A stretch of DNA of 64,000 bases, from assembly GCA_034780895.1 (NCBI GenBank), contig JAUZTB010000075.1:20438664-20502663 (forward strand). Direction: 5' to 3'. The stretch is from Rhynchobatus australiae (Eukaryota). Position 1 is the stretch's first letter, and each line of letters starts with the position of its first letter. Below are positions 35,990 to 47,829 of the stretch, in pieces. The notes beneath the pieces were generated by a model. It was not told the DNA's origin and did no database searches. It saw only the letters and a list, made by a program, of their open reading frames with translations. The translations under genes were made by a program, and so were the position numbers.

Positions 35990-37640
35990 TGAAAATGAAC
36001 AATATTCTCTATTTATTATGGAGAAGGACATTTTAGTTGGAGAATTTAGGCATGACTGAAATTCCAGAAAGAAAAACATTGCATGTATTTTTTAAGGTAT
36101 CAGATGCCTTTACAGTCTTAAAGGAATTTAATTCAAGGCCTGAAGGGATGTATTCTAGGCCACTATGGGAATAAAGAGAGGATTTTGTTTGGAGTCACAT
36201 TTTTAAAAATAAATTCTGACCCCAGATGATGAGTCAGGCGATTAGGGGCAGCAAATGTCATGCGTTTAAGGCAAGTAACTACAGGCTGATGAGTCTCATC
36301 AAAATGGTAGGGGTTATTGGAAAACATCTTGAGGGGCGGGAATAACCTGCACTTGAAGGGGCAGGGATTAAACGATATTACATTGCCTATCCCTCATCAG
36401 AGGAGAAAATACCTGACTTATTTGATGGAATTTTACAAAGGCACAATTAAATGTGTGAAAAAGGGTAGTATGGTTGATGGAGACAACATGGTTTGCAAGG
36501 CCTTTCATCAGGTACCACGTAAGATTCTGGTCCAAAATGTAAGAGTGAACAGAGCTGGATAAAATTGGCAAATCAGATCCAAAGGTGACTTGCTGATAAT
36601 AGGCAAACGATTCTGGTAGAGGGTTCTTTCTGCAGTTGGAGGCCTGTGACCCCTGCTGTCTTTAAATAAACATGAACGATCTGGATGCTGATGTAGAAGG
36701 TACGATTAGCAAACCCAGACAACCTGAGGATTGGTGCTGGTGAGGTTGGTCAAGAGGGTAGACTTTGACTACAGCACACTCTGGATCAATTGGTAAATTA
36801 GACAGAGCAGCAGCAAATGGAATTTAATGCTAAAAATGCGTGGAACCTAGAGATTCTGAGAGGACTAATAAGGCTAGGAGATGAACAACAAGTGGCAGGA
36901 CTGTAGGAATAGAAGGACTTGCCCCAAGACTCCCGAGGACAGCAGCACAGAGAGATCACTTGGGATAAAATGGTATGCAGGACACNNNNNNNNNNNNNNN
37001 NNNNNNNNNNNNNNNNNNNNNNNNNNNNNNNNNNNNNNNNNNNNNNNNNNNNNNNNNNNNNNNNNNNNNNNNNNNNNNNNNNNNNGGGGGGACGGGGGTG
37101 GGGGGGGGGTTCGCTCGCAACCACGGTAGACACAGCTGGAGTAGCCTGTGCTGTTGTGTCTTCTACAGTAAGGAAGGAATTTCAGTGGAGCAGAGCAGAG
37201 GAAAAAGTTGCCCGAAATGCAGCATTTCAGCTATGAGGAGGACCAGGATAAAATCGGTCTGTTCTCCCTGGAGCCATAAAGCTGATGAGTGACCTGATGG
37301 AGCTGGGCAACATTGTGAGGGGAAGAGATGTGGTAGATGCTGGGAAACATTTCACATTAGCAGGTGTCATTAACCACAAGCTATCATTTTAAGATAAAAT
37401 ACAGCAAATTTATAGGAGATTGTTCTCACCCAGATGGGCTTGAAATATGGAAAACACTGTCTGACGGAATCATGCGGGTGGGGACTCTCACAATGTTTGT
37501 TTCATTGAGCACTTGAACCACCACAACATGGAAGATGACAGGCAGAGTGCTGGGAAATTGGACGAGTATCGGAAGCGTACTAGATGGCCGACAAGAACGC
37601 AATCGGCCAAAGTACCTGCTTTTGAGATGTATGGTTACGC
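35990..37640 (+). mobile_element. Old decayed CR1 LINE
   Basis: Residual motifs aactacaggctgatgagtctc, KAFHQVP and cagcaaatggaatttaatg, plus a 3' end near 37600. Confidence 0.65.
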
Positions 37641-38428
37641 TTCTATGACTTCTGGCTTCCTTTCTGCTTATCCAGTCTCGAGAAAGAGCTGATGCAACCT
37701 GTTTTACTTCTGCTGGCCGTGGACTATATCCTTCAGAGAGCCTGTAACAGCAGCAGAACCCCCATCTCGATGTGCCACATTGTTCTGTGCGAAGACAAGT
37801 AATCTTACTGGAAATTTCATTCAATTTTGTTAACTTTACTTCCCAAGAAATCACCCTCCTGAAACATACACCTGCTATAAACTACATTCACAACTTTGAG
37901 AAAGTTCCTTGTCTCTAGATTTCAAACTGAAGATTGTAACATCTTAGACCACACTGATGATACTAAACCACTGCACTTCAAGAGAGGATAATTCCACTAA
38001 ATCACTGAATGAAATTTTAACTAATTAGCAAAACCAATAGCATCCAGAATCTAACCTTGATTTTTATTTTAGCCTAGCCTGTTCCCTCATCCTTTANNNN
38101 NNNNNNTCTGGACTGAACCCTGCAGGAACGTTCAGCTGTTTCTTATTGTTGCCATGTACCTAAATGGGAACTGCATAAAGACAGCCCCAATCTGCTGTCA
38201 GACATGACCCTCATGCCTCATTTCTACACCAGACCGCTCCCCGGGCATACGCCATGGCTACCTCAATAAAGCTGTTTTGAAGACTCTCTGCCTGTTTCAG
38301 ATGAAGACCTGACCTGACCTGAAAGAGCCCAGAGCGAGAGTATATCCATCAGGCTGTGCAGCGGGATAGGCAATAGGAGAATGATGCAGCAGAGGGTTTG
38401 CCCCACTCTCTCACATTCTGGAACTCAC

Positions 38429-38599
38429 CACAGATGCTGTATTTTACAATTCGGATTCCTCAGAGCCTCTGAGAGGGATTTTAGTCCCGAATCTTGCAGC
38501 TCATTGCCACTCAGGGACAGCTCTGTCAGCGAGCAGTTTATATTGAGGGCTGAGGTGAGATCCTCAGCACAAGAAGCTGTGAGTCCATTACTATCCAGC
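38429..38599 (-). CDS. NLR LRR exon (171 nt)
   Basis: tctctag| [56 protein letters not shown] |gtgagt. Confidence 0.92.
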
Positions 38600-38684
38600 C
38601 TAGAGATTGAACAGGACAATGAAAAGGTGAGAGGGTACAAAGGAGAGAGACAGAGAACATGATTTCTTACATCATGGTATTTAC

Positions 38685-38771
38685 CACAGTTTCTGTATTT
38701 TACAGTCCGGGTTCGTCAGGGCCGCAGTCACCAGTTTCATTCCTGAATCTCCCAGTTCATTCTTCCTCAGG
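38685..38771 (-). CDS. NLR first (half) LRR exon, 87 nt
   Basis: gtgtttag| LRKNELGDSGMKLVTAALTNPDCKIQKL |gtaaat, phase 2-2. Confidence 0.88.
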
Positions 38772-40129
38772 CTAAACACAAACAGAGATCGAGTCACTTC
38801 ATGGATCTAGTGTAATTTATCTCGCCTGCCATGCAGTCTCAGACAAATTAGAACAAGATTTTCCTGCCACTGACCGCGAATCTCACTTGCCATATCCCAA
38901 TGATATATTTCGCAAGTACAGATAAGGGTAGGCTCACACATTGAATTTTAGGGCTCTGGGGAATACCATAGAACAAAAACACCTTCATGTACAAACCCAA
39001 GGATCTCTGGAGGTGACAGCAGAGGCAGGTGAGGTGACGTAGAAACCAGGACACAGAATGTCAGAATATGATCCAACTTGTTGGAACTTTGGTTACCCCA
39101 CAACTGGAGTGCTGGTCACGCTACAGGAAGGACAGGATTGCACTGGAGAGGGCGCAGAGGAGATTAAACAGCATGTTGCCTGGGATGAGGTGATACTGGA
39201 GGCCGGGATTGTTTTCCCTTGGAGCAGAAAGGCCAGTTCGACAGGTTGAGGGGAGGGGGGAGAATAAGTTTGGGGAAGGATTGCTGATTGAAAGTGCAAA
39301 AGTTGAGGTGCACAAGTAGGGTAGATCATACGAAATGTTCCCCCACAGCAGCAATGTTAAATGCCAAAAAGGGCNNNNNNNNNNNNNNNNNNNNNNNNNN
39401 NNNNNNNNNNNNNNNNNNNNNNNNNNNNNNNNNNNNNNNNNNNNNNNNNNNNNNNNNNNNNNNNNNNNNNNNNNAACAGAGATCGAGTCACTTCACGGAT
39501 CTAGTGTAATTTATTTCGCCTGCCATGCAGTCTCAGACAAATTAGAACAAGATTTTCCTGCCACTGACCGCGAATCTCACTTGCCATATTCCAATGATAT
39601 ATTTCGCAAGTACAGATGAGGGTAGACTCACGCATTGAATTTTAGGGCTCTAGGGAATACTATAGAACAAAAACACCTTCATGTTCAAACCCAAGGATCT
39701 CGGGAGGTGGCAGCAGAGGCAGGTGAGGTGACGTAGAAACCAGGACACAGAATGTCAGGGTATGATCCAACTTGATGGAACTTTGGTTACCCCACAACTG
39801 GAATGCTGGTCACACTACAGGAAGGACAGGATTGCACTGGAGATGGTGCAGAGGAGATTAAACAGCATGTTGCCTGGGATGAGGTGATACTGGAGGCCTG
39901 GATTGTTTTCCCTTGGAACAGAAAGGCCAGTTCGACAGGTTGAGGGGAGGGGGGAGAATAAGTTTGGGGTTGCTGATTGAAAGTGCAAAAGTTGAGGTGC
40001 ACAAGTAGGGTAGATCATACGAAATGTTTCCCCACAGCAGCAACGTTAAATGCCAAAAAGGGCATAGGTGTTAAGTGGCAGTGTGTTGAAGGGGATTAGA
40101 GGAGGACAATTTTTCAGCCAGAGGAGCCA

Positions 40130-40490
40130 GCATCCAGAACGCCAACCTGCATATCATCTGCAAACATAGCAACCCACCCTTCCACTTCTTAACCCAAAAA
40201 GTTATTTATAAAGATCACAAGAGCTGGGGTCCCAGAACAGATCCCTGCACAACACCACTAGTCTCTGACCTCCAGGTCAAATACTGCCATTCTGCAACCA
40301 CCTTCTGTGGGCAAGCCAATTCCAATGCACACAGCCAATGTTCCAATGGATACCATACCTCGTGACCTTCTGGATGAGCCTACCATGGGGGAACATTGTC
40401 AAAAGCCTTGCTAAAATCCATATATGCCACATCCACCACTCCACCTTCATCAATCTGTCTTGTCACTTCTTGGAACAATTCTATTAGACT
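40130..40490 (-). mobile_element. CR1 RT fragment
   Basis: The reverse complement of ttgtcaaaagccttgctaaaatccatat encodes MDFSKAFDN. Confidence 0.7.
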
Positions 40491-40519
40491 CAGATGTTCT
40501 ATCATGAAGATAAATGTGA

Positions 40520-40841
40520 AAGTCATACGGTCATATTGCACAGAAAGAGGATCTGCAACCCACTGTTCCCAATGACTATCAAGTACCCACTCACACTAAT
40601 ACACTTATTCTACCCACATTCCCATCAACCCTGCCCAAATTCTGCCATTCACAAGCACAATAGTGGTCATTCACAGTCGTCAGTAAACCTATCAATCCAA
40701 CTTCTTTTGGACCACATAGAAGAAACCCACATGGCACAGGGAGAATGTACAATTTGCACACAGACAGTATTAGGTCAGCATTGAACCAGTGTTGGAGGGG
40801 AGAGAGAGGTTGCAGTTTCAATCCCTGCACCACTGTGCCGC
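40520..40841 (-). mobile_element. tRNA-derived SINE (V-SINE-like)
   Basis: Head GCGGCACAGTGGTGCAG on -, followed by a conserved ..gtgggtttc..ggt..ccaaaaga core. Confidence 0.55.
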
Positions 40842-41765
40842 CCTGACTCTACGTACTGTCCTCTCTGCTTTATGGTACACAGCTCCCATTATGAGTATGC
40901 TTCCCATCATTTTTCCAAACCAGACTGTTTTAATGTGACCACACGTTGAAAGTATGTGGAGGAACTAGGGTGCTGGGTACTCTGAGAAATGGACATAGTG
41001 AATTTACAGGTGTCTTACTGCTGTTGCGGCCTTTCTGGAGATTATCCTTGGCATTCTATGGAGTGGCACAACAGAAGTTTCTGATAGACAGGGTACCAGT
41101 TTTTGACCTGGTTACATTGATCTCCAGTGGACTGCGAGGCAGAACACTTGTAATGGATGCATTTCCACCTGAACGCAAGCTTCAGCCGAGCCCCTCATTC
41201 TCCGCATTATAAAACCCACAGCTCGCACCACATCTGTGGCTGAAACTGCCCATTCTCTCGATTCCGGTCCATCTCCTTCCATGGAAATCCTGAAAACTCT
41301 AGCTTGGCTCTAACTGTGCGTTGGCTGTCACTTGCAATGAGTCACGTTCAATCAGAAACCTATTCTTACCTGCATGCTTTGGCCACTGGCCCAGGAATGC
41401 CTTGATGAAAAATTCCCAATTCCTTTCCAGAAACCCTCACATCTCCTCACCATCTACCAAAACTAGTTCCAGCTGACACACCACCCCCACCCCCCATAGC
41501 CCTGGTGCTCTTCCAGATCAGATGTTCTGCTCCTTCCACATTTTAATCTCTTCACCATTGGCAGTCACATCTTTCAAACTCTTTTTGATCTGAACCTAGC
41601 CATTCCTGCCCGAACCCTCCATACCTCTTTAGGACTTTCTTAATTGTGGGATCGGGAACATGGTCTCACAGGAGATGACAGATGCTGTACTCTGGAGTGT
41701 GGGTTGTTAATCCAAATATTGTAAATACTGAAGAGAATATGAAAAGACAGATAAACTTGTTTCAC

Positions 41766-41825
41766 CTCATAATTTTGGAATATTATTTCATGAAACTCTA
41801 AGCTCTTTACTACTGGAAAATGTTC
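41766..41825 (-). pseudogene. Orphan exon of unidentified non-NLR gene (60 nt, phase 0-0)
   Basis: gattttggcag| EHFPVVKSLEFHEIIFQNYE |gtgaaa. Confidence 0.5.
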
Positions 41826-42087
41826 CTGCCAAAATCAAAAAGCAGAAGGTCATCAAAAACGTTTTGTAAGTTAAAATGAACTGATGTTGAGAGAGAGATG
41901 TTGGGGACCTCGAGTTTTTATTCCACTGGAAGACATTCCTATAGTCCAAGGTTTCTCAATATCATCAATGGAATTTCCACCATTGGGTGGGTAGCTCCCA
42001 ATTCCCCAAGTAATTAAGAAATATTTGAATCTCAGGAGCAAGAGCTTTTTACCTCTCACAAATGGTAATTGAGCAAAAATTGCTTAC

Positions 42088-42349
42088 CTCCATTGGAGGT
42101 ACATAACACTAAGACAAAGAGAAAATAAGTGTTCTTGTGGACAGTGGATAAGTGGAGCGCTGGGGATCAGATTGGCTCAATTCTCACCACAATTGGTTTG
42201 CTTGTGCTACGTGGTCTTCAGCAGATCCAGAAGTTACAAATATTTTTTTCCAATTCCACCATACTTTGATGAATCTAATCTCTTCATTTTTGTGCCACAT
42301 ATTCACCAGTTTGACTGAAAAACCGAATTCCTACCAACTGGTGAAATAG
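42088..42349 (-). pseudogene. Decayed orphan exon of unidentified gene (second partial copy 43262-43425)
   Basis: ttgtttag| LFHQLVGIRFFSQTGEYVAQK...ELSQSDPQRSTYPLSTRTLIFSLS*CYVPPME |gtaagc. The stops and frameshift in the shared part are open codons in the other copy. Confidence 0.55.
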
Positions 42350-44094
42350 CTAAACAATAAATGTGTCCCACAGAATCACTTGGGCCTATTTACTATTGTA
42401 ATGGCTCTAAAATGAACCTGAATGTAAGGGGTATTAGAGTTATACAACGCAGAAACAGACCCTTCGGCCCAAATCGTCCTTGCTAACCAAGGTGCCTTCT
42501 TGAACTCGTCCCATTTTCCTGCGTTTGGTCCATATCCCTCTAAACCTTCCCTATTGACACACTTGTCCAAATGTCTTTTAACGTTCTAATTTAACCCAGC
42601 ACAACACATTCCGTATTCCCACCACCATCTTGCTTGGAGGGAGTAATGTTCAACTCTTAAGCGGAAGTCCCTAACGACACATCCACTCTGAAAGTTGCCT
42701 CTTCCTTGCTTAACTGCAGGATTAATGTTCTGTTAGGCAAGTATCATTTCATCGTCTCAAAACAAGTAATCTGACACGGGCTAACACAATTTGTCCTACA
42801 AATTCACAACCCAGCGTTACACACCAACCCATTCCTCCTGATAGGAGGATTTTCACGGCATGCAGAAACACACAGTTTGGTCAGGACAGGGACTTGGCGA
42901 GAATGCAATCTCAGTATAAAAGCAACAGACCTGTAAAAAAGTTGCTGCTTTTCGTGTCTGCTCAGAATGGTTCATCAGAGCACATCTATTTACAGGTTTC
43001 GCACCGCGCCGCGAGCCGGCCAGGTGTGCGGGGCTCCGTAGAGAGTGTATGGGGGTTTCAAAGTGTGTCGGGACCCTGCCAGGTGCTTCGGGGGGTTTCT
43101 GCAGTGTATCAGCACGGTGCCAGTTCTGAGAAACGTTTCACAATGTACACAGGCCTGCCAGNNNNNNNNNNNNNNNNNNNNNNNNNNNNNNNNNNNNNNN
43201 NNNNNNNNNNNNNNNNNNNNNNNNNNNNNNNNNNNNNNNNNNNNNNNNNNNNNNNNNNNNNCACCACAATTGGTTTGCTTGTGCTATGTGGTCTTCTGCA
43301 GATCCAGAAGTTACAAATATTTTTTCCAATTCTACCATACTTTGATGAATCTGATCTCTTAATTTTTGTGCCACATATTCACCAGTTTGAATGAAAAACC
43401 AAATTCCTACCAACTGGTGAAATAGCTAAACAATAAATGTGTCCCACAGAATCACTTGGGCCTATTTACTGTGATACACATCTGGAAAAAGAAAACTTCA
43501 ATTGTTTGTTGTAATGGCTCTAAAATGAACCTGAATGGAAGGGGTATTAGAGTTAAACAACGCAGAAACAGACCCTTCAGCCCAAATCGTCCTTGCCAAC
43601 CAAGGTGCCTTGCTGAACTAGTCCTATTTGCCTGCGTTTGGTCCATATCCCTCTAAACCTTTGCCACACTTGTCCAAATGTCTTTTAATGTTCTAATTAA
43701 ACCCAGCACCAACACATTCCATATTCCCACCACCATCTTGCTTGGAGGGAGTAATGTTCAACTCTTAAGCGGAAGTCCCTAATGACACATCCATTCTGAA
43801 TGTTGCCTCTTCCTTGCTTAACTGCAGGATTAATGTTCTGTTAGGCAAGTATCATTTCATTGTCTCAAAACAAGTAATCTGACACGGGCTAACACAATTT
43901 GTCCTACAAATTCACAACCCAGCGTTGCACACCAACCCATTCCTCCTGATAGGAGGATTTTCACGGCATGCAGAAACACATAGTTTGGTCAGGACAGGGA
44001 CTTGGCGAGAATGCAATCTCAGTATAAAAGCAACAGACCTGTAAAAAGTTGCTGCTTTTTGTGTCTGCTCAGAATGGTTCATCAGAGCACATCT

Positions 44095-44565
44095 GTTTAC
44101 AGGTTTCACACCGCGCCGCGAGCCGGCCAGGTGTGCGGGGCTCTGTAGAGAGTGTATGGGGGTTTCACAGTGTGTCGAGACCCTGCCAGGTGCTTCGGGG
44201 GGGTTTCTGCAGTGTATCAGCACGGTGCCAGTTCTGAGAAACGTTTCACAATGTACACAGGCCTGCCAGATATGTCAAGGGATTTCAAACCGTCAGGCCC
44301 GGCCAGGTCTGTGATGGGCTTTACGGTGTGTCAGGGCCCTGCCAGCGGTGTATGGAGTTTCACAGTACGTTAGGTCCCAGCCTGGTCCGTGAGGAATTTC
44401 AGTATATTTGGATCCTGGATTTGGATCATGTGGATTCACCATGCATCCGGATGTTGACAGAGGTTTGGAGGATTTCAGTGCATATGGAAGTTCACATCAC
44501 GTAGTGGGACCTGTACAGGTGTGCATGAAGTTTCACAGTGCATCAGCAACCTGCCAGGTCCGTAG
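44095..44565 (+). repeat. Degenerate ~39-40-nt tandem minisatellite (~11-12 units; first units also at 42990-43161)
   Basis: Recurring unit ggtttcacagtgtgtcagggccctgccaggt.tgt..gg. Confidence 0.8.
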
Positions 44566-44811
44566 CCGAATCAATTAAACTAACACGTGAAATGATACCA
44601 AAATATTTGCAGGGTAGATGAGAAATTGGATGCATTCTCTTGACGGCTCACAGGTTGATTGTGATTGACAATGAATTCCAAGAGAACGCCATCATGTTCC
44701 CATTGGGAATTGGCCTTCTAATTCCCAGATTCTGCCAACCTCTGAACAAATGCTTGTTAAAGTTTTAGATTCCAAGAAGTTATTGTGTGAAATCTGCATT
44801 TCATTTCTTAC

Positions 44812-44877
44812 CTTTCAATTGAGTGGGTAATTCAAATGAAGTTCGAGCCACGCTCATGTTTGCCAATTGATCAGAAC
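44812..44877 (-). CDS. NLR post-CARD linker exon (66 nt, phase 1-1)
   Basis: tttaaacag| GSDQLANMSVARTSFELPTQLK G|gtaaga. Confidence 0.78.
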
Positions 44878-44962
44878 CTGTTTAAATCAGTAAGTCAGGA
44901 AACCAAATCAACTAACATTATCATAAAATCTGACGTTTTAATCTGTTTTTACTTTCCCATAC

Positions 44963-45134
44963 CGTGTTCCTGGATTTCTTTCAGTATTCTGTCCAGCTTT
45001 GGTAACACATTTCGCATTTTCAGAAATGATTGCCACATCACCCTCCGGGCCTGGGAACCTTTTCCTGACACTAGATTGAGGAAGAGAGTGGAACTGTCTG
45101 TCCTGTTTCCCTTCTGCACGAGGCCAGTGACTTT
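44963..45134 (-). CDS. NLR CARD-like domain, second exon
   Basis: ttgcag| KVTGLVQKGNRTDSSTLFLNLVSGKGSQARRVMWQSFLKMRNVLPKLDRILKEIQEH G|gtatgg. Death-fold/CARD-like pattern (LV.xKG..A); phase 0-1. Confidence 0.85.
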
Positions 45135-46559
45135 CTGCAAAGGAAAGTAATGAACATATTGAGCAGTGCCTTGCCAGATATGGCGAATGGAAGAAGTGCT
45201 GCTGTCAGTAGAGCTCCTGCCACATGGCTCCAACCAGAACGTTCTTCCTGAGCTTTCCCTGGATGCTCCCATTTCCCAAAGACGTACAGGTGGATAGGTC
45301 TATTTCCATTGTAAATTTCCCCAAGTGTACAGGTGAATGGCATACTTTCCTGTGTGTGCTGGCACAGGGGCCCGGCAGTGGCTGACGCGATCGAAGGGGA
45401 ATAAAACAGGTCACTGTAACATTAGCGTAAGTAGGAGTTTATGGTCATGTTTGTCAGAGACATGTTTCTGTGCTCCGACTGAATACTTTCAGGAAATAGC
45501 TGTTCACTGATGAGACAAGTTGTTTCAAACTCAAGAATTCACTGGGCAACTTCTTCCACCATTCTATAATTCTGTTGATTCTATCACTAACAGCAAAAAA
45601 ACATAATTGAAGTAAACTGCACACCCGAGCATTGTTGTGTCAGAATGAAGAGTCACCGACACTACGATAGCTTTAATGTAATGAGTTGCCCAGATTACTG
45701 ACGTGACTCACCGATGAAAATAAAGACACTACAGACGATGAAAATCTGAAAATGTAAAATGCTGTAAAAGCTCAACAAGTCAAACAGCATACATAAATAG
45801 CTTATATTTCAAATCAATGGCCTTCAACCAGAACAGCTACCAGGTTTTCTTATGTTATGAACATGACGCAATCGTTTCCCACACTTGCATCATTTACGAC
45901 CTTATATTAAAAGCAAAGTTAAGCAAATCAAACCTCTAATGGCTTGGAATGGATGAGAACTTTTAAGAGCAGGCGAGACCTTGAATAAAGAAGTCACCAT
46001 CAGATTAACGCAGCGACTTCTGCTGATTTAAACAGTCAGATGCCACAGCCAATTACAAGGATGAACATACATTCTCTTAAATCATTTGTCTGTGATGACT
46101 GATCTGCTAGACATTTTTCTTTTCTATATCCACTGCTGCTTATAAACCATGGCAACCTGGACCAGACATCCAGTGAGGACATTTCGTACAGACAGGATGC
46201 CCATCAATATCACTAATGTCCAGATAAAAGCCTTCGGTGACTTCTCAGGAATAATCAGATAGAGAAGATCCAAAAGAAACACAAGGAGACTCGAAGATGG
46301 CATCAAGGACTGGAGGAGCTCCACAGGAATGGAAATGGTTCAGGAAATGAATTTCAGATCACGTGCCCGAAGGCATCATAAATATCGTGGCAGAGAGAAG
46401 GTCAGAATCAGTAATAGTCGTCATCAAAGGCAGAGGCAGGCATCACAGGCAAGACAAGCATTTTGTTGTCTATCCATATTCCCCCCTTGAGGTGATGCTG
46501 GATATTGAAGAGAGTTTTCTTGCCTGCTCCAATTTCTTGTGAAGAAAATAACATGAACA

Positions 46560-47805
46560 TGGCAACAGTATCATGGCAGTTGTCACGGAGGACTTGCACA
46601 TAGATTGGGCGAATCAAGTTGGTAGCCAANNNNNNNNNNNNNNNNNNNNNNNNNNNNNNNNNNNNNNNNNNNNNNNNNNNNNNNNNNNNNNNNNNNNNNN
46701 NNNNNNNNNNNNNNNNNNNNNNNNNNNNNGGTATCATGGCAGTTGTCACGGAGGACTTGAACTTGCACATAGATTGGGTGAATCAAGTTGGTTGCCAACT
46801 CTGCTTGGCAATCAGTGAAGAGTGGAGTGTTGTAGGGGTCAGTGCTGGGCTGAAACTGTTCATGATATACATTAACTATTTGGAAGTGGGGACAAAGTGT
46901 GGCATATCTAAGTTTGTCGATGGCACTAAATTGAATGGAAATTTTGCAGAGGATGCTGAGGTTAAGAGAGTGGACAGGGGCAGGCAGATGGAGTACAGCG
47001 TTGGTAAATGAGAGGTCATCCACTTTAGAAAGAAAATTAGAAGATCAGATTATTTAAATGGTGAAAGATTGCAGCATACTGTTGTGCAGAGGGAATTGGG
47101 AGTGATTGTATATGAATCGCAAGCTTAGTTTGCAGGTGCAACAAGTTATCAAGGCGGCAAATGGAACGTTGACCTTCATTGCTAGAGGGATTGAAGTTAA
47201 GAACAAGGAGGTTATGCTGCAACTGTACAGGGTACTGTTGAGGCCACACCTGGAGTACCACGTACAGTTCTGATCTCCTTACTTGAGGAAAGATATGCTG
47301 GCTTTGGAAGTGGTGCAGAGGAGGTTCACCAGGTTGATTCCCGAGAGGAGGGGTTAGCCTGTGAGGTGAGATTGAGTTGCCAGGTATGATACTCGCTGGC
47401 ATTCAGAAGAATGAGAGGGGATCTTAAATAACTGTACAAAAGGGATAGATGAGATAAAGGTAGGAAAGATGCAGTTTCTACTGGTAGGTGAGACGAGGAC
47501 GGTGGGTGAGGGAGAACACAGCCTCAAGTTTCAGGGGAGTAGATTTAAGATGGAGATGTGGGAAACTGATTTTCCACAGATTCATGACTCTCTGGGGAAA
47601 TCTCTGCTGAGGGAAGCAGTGGAGGCTTCCTCATTAAATATATTGAAGACACGGTTCGATAGATTTTTGCATAGTATGGGAATTAAGAGTTATTCAAAAA
47701 GGGAGACAGAGGGAACTGAATCCATGACCAGATCAATCATAATCCAATTGAATGGCAGAGCAGGCTCGAAAGGCCAGATGGCCCATTCCTGCTCCTATTT
47801 CTCAT
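46560..47805 (+). mobile_element. CR1 LINE, RT to 3' end, decayed
   Basis: ISKFVDGTKL and LYRVLLRPHLEY, then the 3' end ggcccattcctgctcctatttc. Confidence 0.8.
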
Positions 47806-47829
47806 GTAACAGCAGGCCATTCAATTCCT

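Noticed and set aside
42088-42108. 21-nt phase-1 micro-exon that could extend the NLR linker
   Set aside because: Its acceptor TAG is better explained as a nonsense codon inside the larger orphan exon, and it would not fix the phase mismatch.
44095-44565. CACAGTG RSS heptamers in the minisatellite
   Set aside because: No ACAAAAACC-like nonamer at 12/23 spacing and no V/D/J segments nearby.
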